Of a stretch of 43,318 nt of DNA, positions 43,240 to 43,318 are shown piece by piece. The translations under genes were made by a program, and so were the position numbers. The notes beneath the pieces are model-generated. The model was not told where the DNA came from and did no database searches. It saw only the letters and a list, made by a program, of their open reading frames with translations. Each line of letters starts with the position of its first letter. Position 1 is the first letter of the stretch. This DNA comes from Candidatus Methanosuratincola sp. (lineage in GTDB: Archaea > Thermoproteota > Methanomethylicia > Methanomethylicales > Methanomethylicaceae). The stretch is taken from the NCBI GenBank assembly GCA_029907755.1, contig JARYLH010000001.1:1-43318 (forward strand). The letters are read 5' to 3'.

Positions 43240-43318
43240 TCAGCGTCCCGACATGATCTTCCTTGCGACGACCGTGGGCAGGCCCCAGAGTTCGACGAAG
43301 CCCTTGGATAGGGACTGG
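43240..43318 (-). CDS. argG: Argininosuccinate synthase, 3' end only (partial at window edge)
   Basis: My own translation of the minus strand is '...GFVELWGLPTVVARKIMSGR*', which resembles ArgG C-termini. It lies just upstream of argH. Confidence 0.55.
   Translation of the reverse strand, partial: QSLSKGFVELWGLPTVVARKIMSGR

Noticed and set aside
1-43318. Scan of the whole window for CRISPR arrays, IS elements, integrases, toxin-antitoxin or classical defence genes, and inteins
   Set aside because: I saw no regularly spaced direct repeats, no transposase/integrase-like ORFs and no terminal inverted repeats. PCNA, IleRS, TopA and the primase subunits are of normal length, with no intein insertions. 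This is visual inspection only, not an exhaustive computation.

Overview
This is a 43.3-kb, gene-dense stretch of a GC-rich archaeal chromosome. I call about 52 CDS. I saw no rRNA, tRNA, CRISPR array, transposase or integrase. Gene content suggests a Thermoplasmata-type euryarchaeon, possibly related to Methanomassiliicoccales; that placement is inference only. Most of the window is conserved information-processing synteny. One block is aIF5A, SRP54, TrmY, Pus10, L21e, Rpo4, DUF655, KsgA, HemK-like and L10e. A second is Dph2, METTL5-like, Csl4 and Rpo11. A third is the known replication/translation supercluster: TFS, PCNA, PriL, PriS, GINS, L44e, S27e, aIF2alpha and Nop10. AglB, IleRS, type IA topoisomerase, GcvH and ArgG/ArgH are also present. 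The ORF track uses ATG, GTG and TTG starts, and I re-trimmed several N-termini. The non-housekeeping part is about 9.3-15.3 kb. It holds an orphan MtaA-like methyltransferase plus corrinoid protein. Next comes a translationally coupled two-gene operon of unknown function: a small protein ending in GGGG, then a 524-aa cytosolic protein. By eye the larger protein looks like a tandem-TULIP (BPI/LBP/CETP-like) lipid-binding fold fused to an Ada-type zinc finger. A small 4-TM protein and a clear heliorhodopsin gene follow, in visibly more AT-rich DNA with AT-rich spacers carrying inverted repeats. I regard the BPI-like/GGGG operon beside the heliorhodopsin as the best candidate for an undescribed system. 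All homology statements are pattern recognition from memory, not searches.
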